This document shows positions 28,281 to 39,066 of a stretch of DNA of 64,000 nucleotides, in pieces. The translations under genes and the position numbers were made by a program. Each line of letters opens with the position of its first letter. Positions within the stretch are counted from its first letter, which is position 1. The notes beneath the pieces are model-generated. The model worked only from the letters and a program-made list of their open reading frames with translations, searched no databases and was not told the DNA's origin. This stretch comes from an uncultured Desulfatitalea sp. (GTDB lineage: Bacteria; Desulfobacterota; Desulfobacteria; Desulfobacterales; Desulfosarcinaceae), in assembly GCA_937868765.1 (NCBI GenBank), contig CALMNL010000004.1, positions 320,749-384,748 of the forward strand, written 5' to 3'.

Positions 28281-29168
28281 TCATGGCGCAGGTGCCGGCG
28301 TAACCATGTAAACCGGCATCAGGTCGTGAAACAGGGAGGCGATCGACCCGGCAATCTTCTTGCCGGTGGGCAGGGTTTCGGCTTTGCTCATTCGCTTTTC
28401 GATACGCAACTCGGCCTGGCTCAGATCGGACAGCGCATCGATATGGGCGGATAAGGATTCGATCTTATGCCGGACTTTACCCTGCTTATACCCCCATTGA
28501 TCCCTGTGCAAAGTGATGTCGTGTGCCAGGACTTTGCGTGAAGCATCTCTCAGGCACAAATCGTGGTCCTTGAATTGCTGCTTCAGCCAAGAATCGTTGG
28601 CCATGTCAGCCAACCAGGCCTTAAAGGCGTCCCAGCATCCGGCGGCTTGCCCGCCGAGGGCGTTGGGTTTGACATATACCCCGTAGGAGAGCGCCATCGG
28701 GTCCACACGGGCAAAAAAGCCGATGCCGTGATGCGGGTCCTGCCGTTCGTGCCGGGACTTCTCCATCCAATGCAGCTCAGGTTGAGCCGAAATCGCCCAG
28801 GCGCTGAATTCCATCTGATCGGAATTCAGGTGCTTGACCACTGCACCGCCGATGCCGTTGCGGCCGCGCCACGTCATCGCCGTGGGGTCACTCTGGAAAT
28901 CCTCTTCGGTCAGACCGGAAAACGGGGCGTTCTTTTTCTTCTTGGACTCATCGCTCTTCCTGGGTTTGACGGCAACCCGGTGCGCCGCCTTCTCCTTCTC
29001 AAAAGACATTCTCTCGAGAATACGCTGCTGCAATTCCACGGAGGTGGCAATCTGCGCGCCATCCTGCCAGCGAATGACCATCACATCTTTTTCTATGGAA
29101 ATAACCTCATATAGGCCTTTCACGTTCTCATAAGTACCGCCGACTTCAAACTTCGGAGCTGCCGCCAT
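28281..29168 (-). CDS. Hypothetical protein (295 aa); ORFan in an AT-flanked islet
   Basis: MAAAPKFEVGGTYENVKGLYEV... GAGG RBS. No recognisable motifs. Flanked by about 350-bp and about 300-bp lower-GC noncoding stretches. Confidence 0.5.
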   Translation of the reverse strand: MAAAPKFEVGGTYENVKGLYEVISIEKDVMVIRWQDGAQIATSVELQQRILERMSFEKEKAAHRVAVKPRKSDESKKKKNAPFSGLTEEDFQSDPTAMTWRGRNGIGGAVVKHLNSDQMEFSAWAISAQPELHWMEKSRHERQDPHHGIGFFARVDPMALSYGVYVKPNALGGQAAGCWDAFKAWLADMANDSWLKQQFKDHDLCLRDASRKVLAHDITLHRDQWGYKQGKVRHKIESLSAHIDALSDLSQAELRIEKRMSKAETLPTGKKIAGSIASLFHDLMPVYMVTPAPAP

Positions 29169-29604
29169 TTCCCCCCCTCTCGTGAGTTTTGTGTCTATCA
29201 ATTGCCGAGGAACAGCCGGGGCCAAAAAAATCAAGCGCCCATGGAGCTTTTTGCCAATTGGAGATGAACGCTGAAAACTTCCGAATGAATTGACCCCGAT
29301 CAATATCGCCGCTGAACCGGTTTAGGCAAACGATCGTTGCAGGCTTCGGGCCGTTGTACGGCTCCCCGGGGCATCCTGAAGCGTGGCCGGAAAGAATATT
29401 TTAAACACGAATTGCCAATAAGCCATGCTGAAAGCATCGAATTTCGAGAAAAGGCTTAACAAGGCCCTCTGCGGCGGCTGATTTTCCCTGGCCAATCGAT
29501 GCCCCCCGGCCCGTGTTCGCGAGCCGGAGGACGTCTATCGTCAGATTTTTTCGTGTGCCCGCCCTATGGCGTCCATCCAGGGATAAACTTCTTCCGGATG
29601 GACA

Positions 29605-30837
29605 CTATAGCACCCTGCCCTGAAAGCCATTCGGATGGCGTGCCGTTTTACGGAGCGATTTCCAAGCGGATGCCGGCCGTTCGGCCGCGGCGCGCAACGG
29701 TTTGGCCGTAGCCGCGCGGTTGTAATCGAAATCGGGCAGGATGCGCTGCTCGATAGGTGTGCCGATGAGCCGGTCGATGGTGCGCAGGATCGGGCGATCA
29801 TCGGTGGTCACCAGGTTGAAGGCCTCGCCGTTGCGTTCGGCCCGACCGGTTCTTCCGATCCGGTGGATATAGGCATCCGCGGTCATGGGGATATCGAAAT
29901 TGACCACATGGGAGACATTGGAAACATCGATGCCCCGGGCGGCAATGTCGGTGGCCACCAGAATCTGAAACTTGCCGGAGCGGAAACCATCCAGGGCGGC
30001 CTGGCGGCGCGCCTGGGAAAGATTGCCTTGCAACGATGTGGCGCCGTACCCCGCCCTGGCGAGGGCTTCGCCCAGGCGCTTGGCACGCTGCTTGGTCCGG
30101 GTGAAGACCAGAACCGAGGCGATCTCGGTTTCTCTCAGGATTTTGAGCAGCAACGGGGTCTTCATGTCCTGGGCCACCGGGAAATGGACATGGCGTACGG
30201 TATCGGCCGGCGCTGTCTCGCCGACTTTGACGACCACCGGTTTGCGCAAAGCTTCGAAGGCCAGCTTGCGGATTTCGGCGGGCATCGTGGCCGAAAACAT
30301 CAGCGTCTGGCGCTCCCTGGGGAGTTGTTTCAGGATTTTGCGAATGTCGGGCGCAAAGCCCATGTCGAGCATCTGGTCGGCCTCATCGAGGACCAGGGCC
30401 TCCAGGTGGCGGAAGTCGACGTTGCCGCGGTTCATATGGTCGATGAGGCGCCCGGGGCAGGCGATGACGATCTCGGCGCCCTTGCGCAGCTTCTGGACCT
30501 GGGGGTTTAGACCGACCCCGCCATATACGGTGACGCTGCGCAGTCGCGTCTGGCGCGCCAGGATCGTAATGTCCTTGTAAATCTGTTCGGCCAGCTCCCG
30601 CGTAGGGGCCAGAATCAGGGCCCGCAGGCCGCTCCCCTTGTTGGTCATCAAGCGATGCAGCAGCGGGAGTGCGAAGGCTGCGGTCTTGCCGGTACCGGTC
30701 TGGGCCAGGCCCATGACATCCTGGCCTTGCATCAGAAGCGGTATGGCCTGGGCCTGGATGGGGGTCGGGCTGCTGAAGCCCGCCGCCGTGATTCCCGCAG
30801 CTACGGCGGGGTGAAACTGAAAAGTACTGAAGCTCAA
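29605..30837 (-). CDS. DEAD-box ATP-dependent RNA helicase (RhlE-like); TTG start
   Basis: MSFSTFQFHPAVAAGITAAGFSSPTPIQAQAIP (Q-motif), AQTGTGKT, DEAD (VLDEADQM), SAT, HRIGRTGR. GAAAGAAGGA RBS precedes the TTG. The upstream ORF-track extension crosses a terminator hairpin. Confidence 0.8.
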   Translation of the reverse strand: MSFSTFQFHPAVAAGITAAGFSSPTPIQAQAIPLLMQGQDVMGLAQTGTGKTAAFALPLLHRLMTNKGSGLRALILAPTRELAEQIYKDITILARQTRLRSVTVYGGVGLNPQVQKLRKGAEIVIACPGRLIDHMNRGNVDFRHLEALVLDEADQMLDMGFAPDIRKILKQLPRERQTLMFSATMPAEIRKLAFEALRKPVVVKVGETAPADTVRHVHFPVAQDMKTPLLLKILRETEIASVLVFTRTKQRAKRLGEALARAGYGATSLQGNLSQARRQAALDGFRSGKFQILVATDIAARGIDVSNVSHVVNFDIPMTADAYIHRIGRTGRAERNGEAFNLVTTDDRPILRTIDRLIGTPIEQRILPDFDYNRAATAKPLRAAAERPASAWKSLRKTARHPNGFQGRVL

Positions 30838-30851
30838 GAAATCCTTCTTTC

Positions 30852-30885
30852 CGTGTTCCTCTAAAATAAAAAGCCCTGGAGCGAT
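30852..30885 (-). terminator. Rho-independent terminator downstream of the flotillin gene (AAGCCCTGGAatcgcTCCAGGGCTT plus TTTATTTT)
   Basis: Stem 30861-30885; T-rich tract on the minus strand. Confidence 0.55.
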
Positions 30886-30995
30886 TCCAGGGCTTACGTT
30901 CTTTTTAACAGACAACCGGGAACACTTTATTTGACCGGAACCATACAGCGGCGCGCCCCCCGTGTCAAACTTTATTAACCGGCCGCTGCGCCCAC

Positions 30996-33005
30996 CTAAC
31001 CCATCTTGAGATCATTCACGGCCGCGCCGAGCTTGTCCAGGATGGCCGGGTCCTTGCGCAGGGTTCCGATGAAGGCCGCTGCGTTTTTGAGGTCGAAATC
31101 CTCGCCGAAGACCTTGCCGATGAGGGCCGCTAACTTCAGATCGCTGGCGCCTTGGGCCAGCAGCGTCTTGAGGTGGGCGATGGCCTCAGGATGCTTGGCC
31201 ATCTGGGCGGCCACGGCATCCACGTTTTCGGCCGGCAAGCGTTTGCCGAACAGGGTCGCCAGCATTCCGCCCAGGGTCTCGCCGATGCCGGTGACCACGC
31301 TGCCGGCCGCCTTCAACGCCTTGGGGTCCATGGTGTCGGTAAAGCCTTCGACAAGGGTGGAAACGCTCTGGCCGCGGTTGAACATCCGCATCATCTGGCC
31401 CATGGTGGACGGGTCGCCGAAGATATTCATCTTGGCGCTGGCCAGGGATTGGCCCATGGCCGTGGCGAAGGCCTTTTGCACCTCGCCGTTGACCTCGATC
31501 TCCTTGAGCTTGACTTCCAGCTGCACCGAGATCTCCTTGAATTCGGCCTTGGCCTTCAATTCGGGCTGGAGTACCTCGTTGATGCGTTTCTGCTCGACAG
31601 CCACTTTCTCTTTCTCGACGCTCACCGGCACCATCTGCTTGGCCTGTTCGCCGGCGGCCTCGGCGGTGAGGGCGTCCATTTCGGCGGCCGCCTTGAGCTT
31701 GCGGGCCTCGGCCTCTTTTTCGGCGGCCTTGCGCAGGGCTTCGGCCTGGCGCTCGGTCTGGTAGGCCTCCTGGTCGATCTGGCGCGCCTTGTCGATATAG
31801 GCCTTTTCGGCCGTCCGCTTGGCCTCTTCGGTCACAGCCACGGTCTTGACCCGCTGGTCGGCGGCTTCGCGCTCGGCTTCGGCCAGCTTCTGGGCCGCCT
31901 CGGCCTGGGCGCGTTCTTCGGCGGTTTTGGCGATGGCCTTCTCGCGCTCGATGTCGGCCACCTGCTGGGCGCGCTGGCGCTCGACGTCGGCCACCTGCAC
32001 TTTTTGCTCGCGCACCACGTTGGCCACGGCCACGGCCTCGTCGCGCTTGACTTCGCGCACCCGGGCCAGCTCGTCCTGTTCGGCGGCAAATGTGGCCGCC
32101 CGCTGGTGGGCCTCGGCCTGGGCTTTTTCGATCTCGCTCTTCTGCCGGGCCTCGGCCGAGGCCCGGGCGATCTCCTGTTCGTAGACGAACTTGTCCTTCT
32201 CCACATCCTGTTTCTTGATGGTCTTGTCCGCCTCGCGCTCCAGCGCGTTGGTCTCGGCGCGCATCTTCTGGGTGATCTCGGCGATCTGGCGGGTGCCCTG
32301 GGCATCGAAGATGTTGGACCCAGCCTTCATCTTGTCGGGCGGGGTCTGGTCGAGCTGGGAGACGGTGACGCTCTCCAGGGTCAAGCCGTTGTGGCGCAGG
32401 TCGCTGGAGACGATCTTCTGCACCGCTTCGGCGAATTCGTCGCGTTTGGCGTTGAGATCTTCCAGGGATTTGGTGGCCGCCACGGTGCGCAGAGCCGAAA
32501 TCAGCTTTTCGTTGACCAGTTCCTTGACCGTGGCCGCGTTGATCGAACGCTCTCCCAGGGAGGTGGCCGAGTTGACCACCGCCTCGCGGTCCTTGGCCAC
32601 CTTGATGTAGAACTCGGCCTTGATGTCGGCACGCAGCTTGTCGCCGGTGATCAGGGCGTCCTGGTCCTTGCGTTCCACGTCCAGGCGCATGGTGGCCAGG
32701 GAGACCGGCACCACCTTGTGCACCACGGGGATGACGATGGCACCGCCGTCGATGATCACCTTCTGGCCGCCCATGCCGGTGCGCACGAAGGCTTCGTCGG
32801 CTGCGGTGCGCACATAGAGCCGGGTGATGATCACCACGATGGCGCCCAGCAGCAGCAGCACCACCCCGAAGCCGACGATGATCAGGCGGCTCACGCCGGC
32901 CACCTGCTCGAACATGAAGGGCACGACGATAAAGGCCAGGGCAAACAAAATCATCAGGACGCCGAAACCAGCGCCCGACCCGCTCTTGACTCTGAATTCG
33001 GTCAT
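30996..33005 (-). CDS. Flotillin-like SPFH/band-7 protein (YqiK/FloT family) with a long Ala/Glu/Lys-rich coiled-coil
   Basis: N-terminal TM helix, SPFH domain, then an extended EA-rich repeat region (AEARQKSEIEKAQAEAHQRAA...). GAAAGGA RBS. The ATG at 33011 or 33005 is ambiguous. Confidence 0.75.
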   Translation of the reverse strand: MTEFRVKSGSGAGFGVLMILFALAFIVVPFMFEQVAGVSRLIIVGFGVVLLLLGAIVVIITRLYVRTAADEAFVRTGMGGQKVIIDGGAIVIPVVHKVVPVSLATMRLDVERKDQDALITGDKLRADIKAEFYIKVAKDREAVVNSATSLGERSINAATVKELVNEKLISALRTVAATKSLEDLNAKRDEFAEAVQKIVSSDLRHNGLTLESVTVSQLDQTPPDKMKAGSNIFDAQGTRQIAEITQKMRAETNALEREADKTIKKQDVEKDKFVYEQEIARASAEARQKSEIEKAQAEAHQRAATFAAEQDELARVREVKRDEAVAVANVVREQKVQVADVERQRAQQVADIEREKAIAKTAEERAQAEAAQKLAEAEREAADQRVKTVAVTEEAKRTAEKAYIDKARQIDQEAYQTERQAEALRKAAEKEAEARKLKAAAEMDALTAEAAGEQAKQMVPVSVEKEKVAVEQKRINEVLQPELKAKAEFKEISVQLEVKLKEIEVNGEVQKAFATAMGQSLASAKMNIFGDPSTMGQMMRMFNRGQSVSTLVEGFTDTMDPKALKAAGSVVTGIGETLGGMLATLFGKRLPAENVDAVAAQMAKHPEAIAHLKTLLAQGASDLKLAALIGKVFGEDFDLKNAAAFIGTLRKDPAILDKLGAAVNDLKMG

Positions 33006-33124
33006 GGGCATTCCTTTCCGATCATAGTTGGTTGAAGGACCCGCGATGAGCTCTTTTCTGGATCCGGGGACAAGCGTCTTCTTCATCTGCGCCATCATGC
33101 ATCCTTTCTTGCAGATCTGCCGGG

Positions 33125-33790
33125 CTATTTCAGGGGGCCGCCGCTCACGGCCGGCATTTCGGTGCCGACATAGAAGGCGCCCTTGGCTTTATCGAAGAAA
33201 AGCAGCACCACCTGGGTGCCGCGGGCGATCTTGCCTTCGCCCCCGCGGGTCAGGCACTGGACGGTGTGCAGGGCACCGGCGTCGTCGTATACATGGGCCT
33301 GGCCGAAGCTCTCGTCGATGGCGGTGACCGCCTCGGCCCACTTGCCCACCAACTGCTCCAGGGAGACGGCATAGGTCTCGGTGGCCGGCATGATGCGCCC
33401 CAGGACCCCGGCCAGAAAACGCGTGAACACAACCGCGGCCATGAAGGCGACGGCGATGGAGACCCATGCGAAGAGCCACGGCGGCAGCAGCGGCTTGAGC
33501 AGGGTGTTGGCCGCGAATCCGGCAAACCCCCACAGAAAGCAGAAGGAGATGATGATGATCGACACGGGCACCCGGCCGATGCCCAGAAACTGCAGGGCCC
33601 TGGCCAGCATGCCGGGCTCGAACTCGTGGGCGTGCTCGATGCCCATATCGTGATCCAGATCCGCATCATGGTCCAGATCCATGTCGTGGTCGCCGGCCAC
33701 CAGGCCGGTGCTGAGCATGAGGACGTAAAACAGGGCGCCCACGAAGGGCAGGACGAAGATCAGGTTCCACCACTGGAGCAACTCGCGCAT
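33125..33790 (-). CDS. NfeD-like membrane protein (YqiJ family), partner of the flotillin
   Basis: N-terminal TM helices, an Asp/His-rich acidic segment (GDHDMDLDHDADLDHDMGIEHAHE), and a C-terminal OB-fold-like region. Located immediately upstream of the flotillin gene. Confidence 0.65.
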   Translation of the reverse strand: MRELLQWWNLIFVLPFVGALFYVLMLSTGLVAGDHDMDLDHDADLDHDMGIEHAHEFEPGMLARALQFLGIGRVPVSIIIISFCFLWGFAGFAANTLLKPLLPPWLFAWVSIAVAFMAAVVFTRFLAGVLGRIMPATETYAVSLEQLVGKWAEAVTAIDESFGQAHVYDDAGALHTVQCLTRGGEGKIARGTQVVLLFFDKAKGAFYVGTEMPAVSGGPLK

Positions 33791-33947
33791 GCATCCCCTC
33801 CTCTATCAGGCTGTTGAATAACTTCGCCTAAGGCCGCCATGCTTCGTTGCGCGGTTTTCGAAAATGCTCACATACTAAGTGTACGCTGGGCTTTTCGAAG
33901 ACCACACGCCTTGCCTGGCGGCCTGATGCCCGTTTTTCAACAGCCTG

Positions 33948-34736
33948 CTATGTCAACTTCTTCGGCCCGGCATCGATCAGGCCGCCCTGGGGCGTTCCTT
34001 CCAGGAAGCGGATGGCGCTGTAGGCCGGGTCCTCGTCCGCGTCGGCTGGGCCGACCTTCTTTTCTGCGGTTCTGTCCAGCTCTGCCTGCCAGCGCCGGCC
34101 CACGGCCGCGGCCTGGGCGCTTTGCACCGTGGCGGCGATTTCGGTTTCCAGGGCATCCATGTCGCGCTGCAGGCGCAGGCTGGCCGCCTGCACCGAGGCC
34201 GAAAGCAGCAGCTTCTCCCGGGCCGCCTCGAACTCGTCGGCGGCCGCGGTCTGGGTCAGGGTCATGGCCTTGTGCTTCTTCTGCAGTTCGATGACGCTTT
34301 CCAGCTGGGCCAGGGCCTTGGCTTCGGCGGCGGCCCGCTGGGCCGCCAGCGCTTCGGCCCGGAAGCTTTCGGCCGCCGCCGCGGCCTGGGCTTCGGCGGC
34401 CTGGGCCTGGGCCAGCATCGGTCGGATGGTTTCCTGCATGCCCGCATAACGCGCCATGGCCGCCTCGGCCTTCTGGGTCTGCCCGCCGGCCAGGGCCTGC
34501 TTGCCGATGGCCTCCACGGCCTTGGCCTCGGCCACCAGGCGCTGCAATTCCCGCCGGCTGCGCGAGGCCAGGTCCAGTTGGGCCTCCACCAGCGTCAGGC
34601 GCTCCTGCAAGGCCCGCAGCCGCTTGGTGGCCAGGGCCTCGATGCCCGCCTTGGCCCTGGTTTCGGCCGGCGTGCGTTGCTCGGCATCCTCAAGAAAGTC
34701 GGCCATCTTGCGCAAAAGATCGCTGAATATACCCAT
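33948..34736 (-). CDS. PspA/IM30 family (phage shock protein A-like) coiled-coil protein
   Basis: MGIFSDLLRKMADFLEDAEQRTPAE... matches the PspA N-terminus (MGIFSR...). AGGAG RBS. Ala/Gln-rich coiled coil. Confidence 0.7.
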   Translation of the reverse strand: MGIFSDLLRKMADFLEDAEQRTPAETRAKAGIEALATKRLRALQERLTLVEAQLDLASRSRRELQRLVAEAKAVEAIGKQALAGGQTQKAEAAMARYAGMQETIRPMLAQAQAAEAQAAAAAESFRAEALAAQRAAAEAKALAQLESVIELQKKHKAMTLTQTAAADEFEAAREKLLLSASVQAASLRLQRDMDALETEIAATVQSAQAAAVGRRWQAELDRTAEKKVGPADADEDPAYSAIRFLEGTPQGGLIDAGPKKLT

Positions 34737-35003
34737 GAACCACTCCTGGGCACTCCCACGGCCGCGGCCGGTCGCTGGCCGGAGGCGCGGCTGCGCATAC
34801 GGCCCGCGACAGCACGCAACCGGGCACGGGTCCGAAAGGTCTGAATGCCGAAGTAGGGAGTGCCCGCCAAAAGGAAAAGTTGGCATCAACGTAGCTAAGC
34901 GGCCGCTGCTTGTCAACGCCGTTCTCAGGGTAGGGTTTCGTTATCGTTGCGGATTTGATGGAAGAAAGAGCGCCTGAAGACCGGCTGGAGGCCGGCCCGG
35001 GCA

Positions 35004-35666
35004 TCAGGCGCCATGTTTGCCGTGGCGCACGATCTCGCCTTCGATGAGGTAGATCACCTCTTCGGCGATGTTGGTGCTGTGGTCGGCGATCCGCTCCAGA
35101 TGGCGGGAGACGAGCAGCAGGTTGACCATGGTGCCCACCCGGTCGGGATGCTCCATGATGACCTCCTTGATGCGGTCATAGGCCTGGGTCTGGATGGCAT
35201 CCACGTCGTCGTCCAGCGTGATCACCTTGAAGGCCAGATCCACATCCAGATTGACCAGGGCATCCAGGCTGGTCTTGAGCATGAATTGCACCTTTTTGGA
35301 CATGGGCGTGTAATCGAAAACGAACTGCATGGGCGGCCGTTTGGCGATGATCATCAACCGCTCGGCGATGTTGACGCATTCGTCGCCGATGCGTTCCATG
35401 TCGTTGTTGATCTTGATGGTGGCGATCAGAAAGCGCAGATCCACGGCCACGGGCTGGTAGAGCGCCAGGATCTTGAGGCACTCCTCTTCGATCTCGACCT
35501 CCATCTCGTCCACTTCCCAGTCTGAAGTGATGATCTTCTGGGCGATCTCGGCATCGCGGTCGGCCACGGCCTGGAACACCAGGCGGGTGCGCTCTTCTAC
35601 CAGGGCGCCCAGGGAGAGCATCTTCTTCTTGATTTTTTCCAGTTCCCTGCGCAGATGTTTGGACAT
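35004..35666 (-). CDS. phoU: Phosphate transport system regulator PhoU
   Basis: Two PhoU repeats (DxxxD motifs: ERIGDECVNIAE, ERIADHSTNIAE). Confidence 0.85.
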   Translation of the reverse strand: MSKHLRRELEKIKKKMLSLGALVEERTRLVFQAVADRDAEIAQKIITSDWEVDEMEVEIEEECLKILALYQPVAVDLRFLIATIKINNDMERIGDECVNIAERLMIIAKRPPMQFVFDYTPMSKKVQFMLKTSLDALVNLDVDLAFKVITLDDDVDAIQTQAYDRIKEVIMEHPDRVGTMVNLLLVSRHLERIADHSTNIAEEVIYLIEGEIVRHGKHGA

Positions 35667-35713
35667 GCGGTCCTCCCTAAAAAGGTGGTTACAACGCCCG
35701 CTCTTGTTTTACA

Positions 35714-36628
35714 CTAGCCGAAACGCCCGGTGATGTAATCCTGGGTCAGCTTGTGCCGCGGCGTGGTGAAGATCTGCTCGGTGCGCCCCACTTCGATAAG
35801 GTCGCCCAGATGAAAGTAGGCCGTGCGCTGGGAGACCCGGGCCGCCTGCTGCATGGAGTGGGTCACGATGGCGATGGAGTACTGCCGGCGCAGCTCGTCG
35901 ATGAGCTCTTCGATCTTGCCCGTGGCGATGGGGTCCAGGGCGCTGCACGGCTCGTCCATGAGGATCACCTCGGGGCCCACCGCGATGGTGCGGGCGATGC
36001 ACAGCCGCTGCTGCTGGCCGCCGGACAGGCTGGTGCCGGCATGGGAAAGCCGGTCTTTGACCTCGTCCCAGAGCCCGGCCCTTTGCAGGGAGGTCTCCAC
36101 GATCTCGTCCAGCTCGGCCCGGTTGCGGGCCAGGCCGTGAATTTTCGGGCCGTAGGCCACGTTGTCGTAGATGCTCTTGGGAAAAGGATTGGGTTTCTGA
36201 AAGACCATGCCCACCTGGGCGCGCAGGGGCACCACATCCACCTGCCTGGCATATATGTTCTGGCCGTCGAGCAGGATCTCTCCGGTCACCCGGCACCCCT
36301 CGATGGTGTCGTTCATGCGGTTGAGACAGCGGATGAAAGTGGATTTGCCGCAGCCCGACGGTCCGATCATGGCGATTACCTGATTACGTCCGATATCCAG
36401 GGAGACATCGCGGATGGCGTGCTTGTCGCCATAGAAGACATTCACATGGCGGCAGGCCATGCGCGGATTGTCCACGAAGGGTTTGCCCACCGTGGGCGCC
36501 GGCTTATCCTGGGCGCGGTCGGCCGGCAACGTTTTTTCCGGGCGATGCTGCGGCTTTGAATCTTCAGGAGTCGTCACGCCGATCTCCTCTTTGGTGAATA
36601 AAGTCCGTTGCTCTGTGGCGGTCTCCAT
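35714..36628 (-). CDS. pstB: Phosphate ABC transporter ATP-binding protein PstB, with an N-terminal extension of about 55 aa
   Basis: VNVFYG..., Walker [23 protein letters not shown], Walker B ILMDEP. GGAGG RBS at the METATEQ start. Confidence 0.85.
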   Translation of the reverse strand: METATEQRTLFTKEEIGVTTPEDSKPQHRPEKTLPADRAQDKPAPTVGKPFVDNPRMACRHVNVFYGDKHAIRDVSLDIGRNQVIAMIGPSGCGKSTFIRCLNRMNDTIEGCRVTGEILLDGQNIYARQVDVVPLRAQVGMVFQKPNPFPKSIYDNVAYGPKIHGLARNRAELDEIVETSLQRAGLWDEVKDRLSHAGTSLSGGQQQRLCIARTIAVGPEVILMDEPCSALDPIATGKIEELIDELRRQYSIAIVTHSMQQAARVSQRTAYFHLGDLIEVGRTEQIFTTPRHKLTQDYITGRFG

Positions 36629-36675
36629 GGATACACCTCCAGCGCCAATACAGCCGTTCGACCCTCGCAACGATG

Positions 36676-37743
36676 CTACTTAAGGGCATCCTTGGCAAGG
36701 GTCTTCATCCGGGCGACATCCGCGGCCATCTGCTTGCGCTCGGCGTCGGGCATGGGAATCAAACCCTTGTCGGCCAGATAGCCGTCGGGACCCCAGGCCT
36801 TCTCCGAGCTGAACTCTTTGACATATTCGGCGATGCCCGGAATTCTGCCCACATGGGCTTTCTTGATGTAGAAGAAAAGGGGCCGCGAAACCGGGTAGCT
36901 GCCGTCGGCGATGGCTTCGAAGGTCGGGCTCACGTTTTCCACCACCGCACCCTGGATCTTGTCCACGTTCTGATCCAGGAAGCTGAAGCCGAAAATACCC
37001 GCCGCCTTGGGATTGGCCTCCAGCTTCTGCACGATCAGGTTGTCGTTTTCGCCAGCCTCGATATAGGCGCCGTCTTCGCGCACGGTCTGGGAGATGGCTT
37101 TGAACTGCTTCTCGTCGCTCTTCTTCAAGGCCTTGATCCAGTCGTAGGACTCGGCGCCGTGCTCCATCACCAGTTCCACGAAGGCGTCCCGGGTGCCGGA
37201 GGTGGGGGGCGGGCCGAGCACTTCAATCTTGCTTGCCGGCAGGGCTGGATTGATCTCTTTCCACGTTTTATATGGATTGGGGACCACCTTCTGGGCGCCG
37301 GAGGGATCGGGCACCTGTCTGGCCAGGGCCAGGTACATATCCCTGCGCGTCAGCTTCAGCGGGGGCGCTTTCCTGCTGTTGGCCAGCACGATACCGTCAT
37401 AGCCGATTTTGACTTCCACGATTTCGTTGACACCGTTGGCCGCGCAGGTGTCCATCTCCGAGGGCTTGATCCGCCGGCTGGCATTGGTGATGTCGGGATG
37501 CTCTACGCCCACGCCGGCGCAGAAGAGCTTGAAGCCGCCGCCCGAGCCGGTGGATTCGATCACCGGGGTCTTGAACCCGCTGGTTTTGCCGAACTGTTCG
37601 GCCACCACCGTCGCAAACGGATAGACCGTGGAGGAGCCCACGATCTTGAGATTGTCCCGGGCCGCATCGGCCATGGCCGGCGCCGCGGCGCCCGTCCAGA
37701 TCAAAATCACCGCAGCAAAGGCCTGCAACGTTTTCTTCAACAT
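36676..37743 (-). CDS. pstS: Phosphate-binding periplasmic protein PstS
   Basis: Signal peptide, then [15 protein letters not shown] (phosphate-binding loop). Confidence 0.85.
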   Translation of the reverse strand: MLKKTLQAFAAVILIWTGAAAPAMADAARDNLKIVGSSTVYPFATVVAEQFGKTSGFKTPVIESTGSGGGFKLFCAGVGVEHPDITNASRRIKPSEMDTCAANGVNEIVEVKIGYDGIVLANSRKAPPLKLTRRDMYLALARQVPDPSGAQKVVPNPYKTWKEINPALPASKIEVLGPPPTSGTRDAFVELVMEHGAESYDWIKALKKSDEKQFKAISQTVREDGAYIEAGENDNLIVQKLEANPKAAGIFGFSFLDQNVDKIQGAVVENVSPTFEAIADGSYPVSRPLFFYIKKAHVGRIPGIAEYVKEFSSEKAWGPDGYLADKGLIPMPDAERKQMAADVARMKTLAKDALK

Positions 37744-37806
37744 GATTTCCTCCCAGATTGCATTTTTTTGATAGGTTAAACGATATTTTTCGACGCAAAC
37801 GTTCGA

Positions 37807-39066
37807 CTACCATCTGCGTTCGAAGCGACGGCGCAGGACCACCGCCAGCCCGTTCATCACGATCAGGAACGCCAGCAGCGCCAGGGTGGCCGCCGCAGTG
37901 CGCTCCACGAAGGCCCGCTCGGGGCTGTCGGCCCAGAGGTAGATCTGCACCGGCAGCACCGTGGCCGGATCGGTGAATCCACCAGGGATATCCACGATGA
38001 AGGCCACCATGCCGATCATCAGCAGGGGCGCGGTTTCACCCAGGGCGCGGGCCATGCCGATGATGGTGCCGGTGAGCATGCCCGGCAAGGCCAGGGGCAG
38101 TACGTGGTGCAGAATCATCTGCATTTTGCTGGCACCCACCCCCAGGGCCGCGTCCCGGATGGAGGGCGGCACCGCCTGCAAGGCGGCCCGGCTGGCGATG
38201 ATGATGGTCGGCAGGGTCATCAGCGTGAGCACCATCCCGCCCACCACGGGGGCCGAGCGCGGCATGCCGAAAGCGCCCAGAAAGACCGCCAGTCCCAACA
38301 ACCCGAAGACGATGGACGGCACGGCCGCCAGATTGTTGATGTTGACTTCGATCAGATCGGTCCAGCGGCTGCGCGGGGCAAACTCCTCCAGATAGACCGC
38401 GGTGGCCACCCCCAGGGGAAAGGAGAGCGCCAGGGTGACCAGCAACGTGTAAAAGCTGCCCACCACCGCCCCCAAGATGCCGGCCAGCTCCGGCTCGCGG
38501 CTGTCGCCGGCCGTGAAAAGGGTCCAGTTGAAATGTTTGGCCAGCTTGCCCTGGGATTGCAGTTGACCGATCCAGGCCAGTTGCGCCTCGGAGAGCCGGC
38601 CGGCCTGGCGGCTCAAGTGTCCTTTGACCAGCATGTCCACATCGTCGTCGGCCGGCAGCCAGATGCTCCGGCGGGTGCCGATCAACGAACGGTCCGCCAG
38701 AACCATCTGACGCAGCTGAAAAGCGGCCCCGGAACTTACCAACCCGGTCAGCGCCCGGCGCTCGCCGCGGGCGGTGACCTGGGGAAAGGCCTTGTAGAGC
38801 GCCTCCTTGATCAACCGGGGATAATCGGCGTTGGCCAGCTCGCCGGTGGCGAAGGTTTCGGGATCGAAAGAAATATCCAACTGTACCTGGGTCTGAAAGA
38901 GGGCGGTGTAACCGTTGCCCACGATGCTGGCGAAGAGAAATCCCAGAAAGACCAGGCTCAGCACGATGGCGCCCAGCCCCATGCGCCGGAAACGGCGCTC
39001 GGCCCGGTAGCGTCGTACCAAGCTGCGCTGCACGATCTCGATGGTTTTGGGTTTGCCGTTATTCAT
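37807..39066 (-). CDS. pstA: Phosphate ABC transporter permease PstA (long form)
   Basis: Permease with an EAA-like motif; C-terminal ALGETAPLLMIG. 419 aa. Confidence 0.8.
   Translation of the reverse strand: MNNGKPKTIEIVQRSLVRRYRAERRFRRMGLGAIVLSLVFLGFLFASIVGNGYTALFQTQVQLDISFDPETFATGELANADYPRLIKEALYKAFPQVTARGERRALTGLVSSGAAFQLRQMVLADRSLIGTRRSIWLPADDDVDMLVKGHLSRQAGRLSEAQLAWIGQLQSQGKLAKHFNWTLFTAGDSREPELAGILGAVVGSFYTLLVTLALSFPLGVATAVYLEEFAPRSRWTDLIEVNINNLAAVPSIVFGLLGLAVFLGAFGMPRSAPVVGGMVLTLMTLPTIIIASRAALQAVPPSIRDAALGVGASKMQMILHHVLPLALPGMLTGTIIGMARALGETAPLLMIGMVAFIVDIPGGFTDPATVLPVQIYLWADSPERAFVERTAAATLALLAFLIVMNGLAVVLRRRFERRW

Noticed and set aside
31152-33035. 627-aa plus-strand ORF
   Set aside because: It is antisense to the flotillin gene. 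The high-GC repeat region gives open frames on both strands, and the translation is Gly/Leu/Asp low-complexity.
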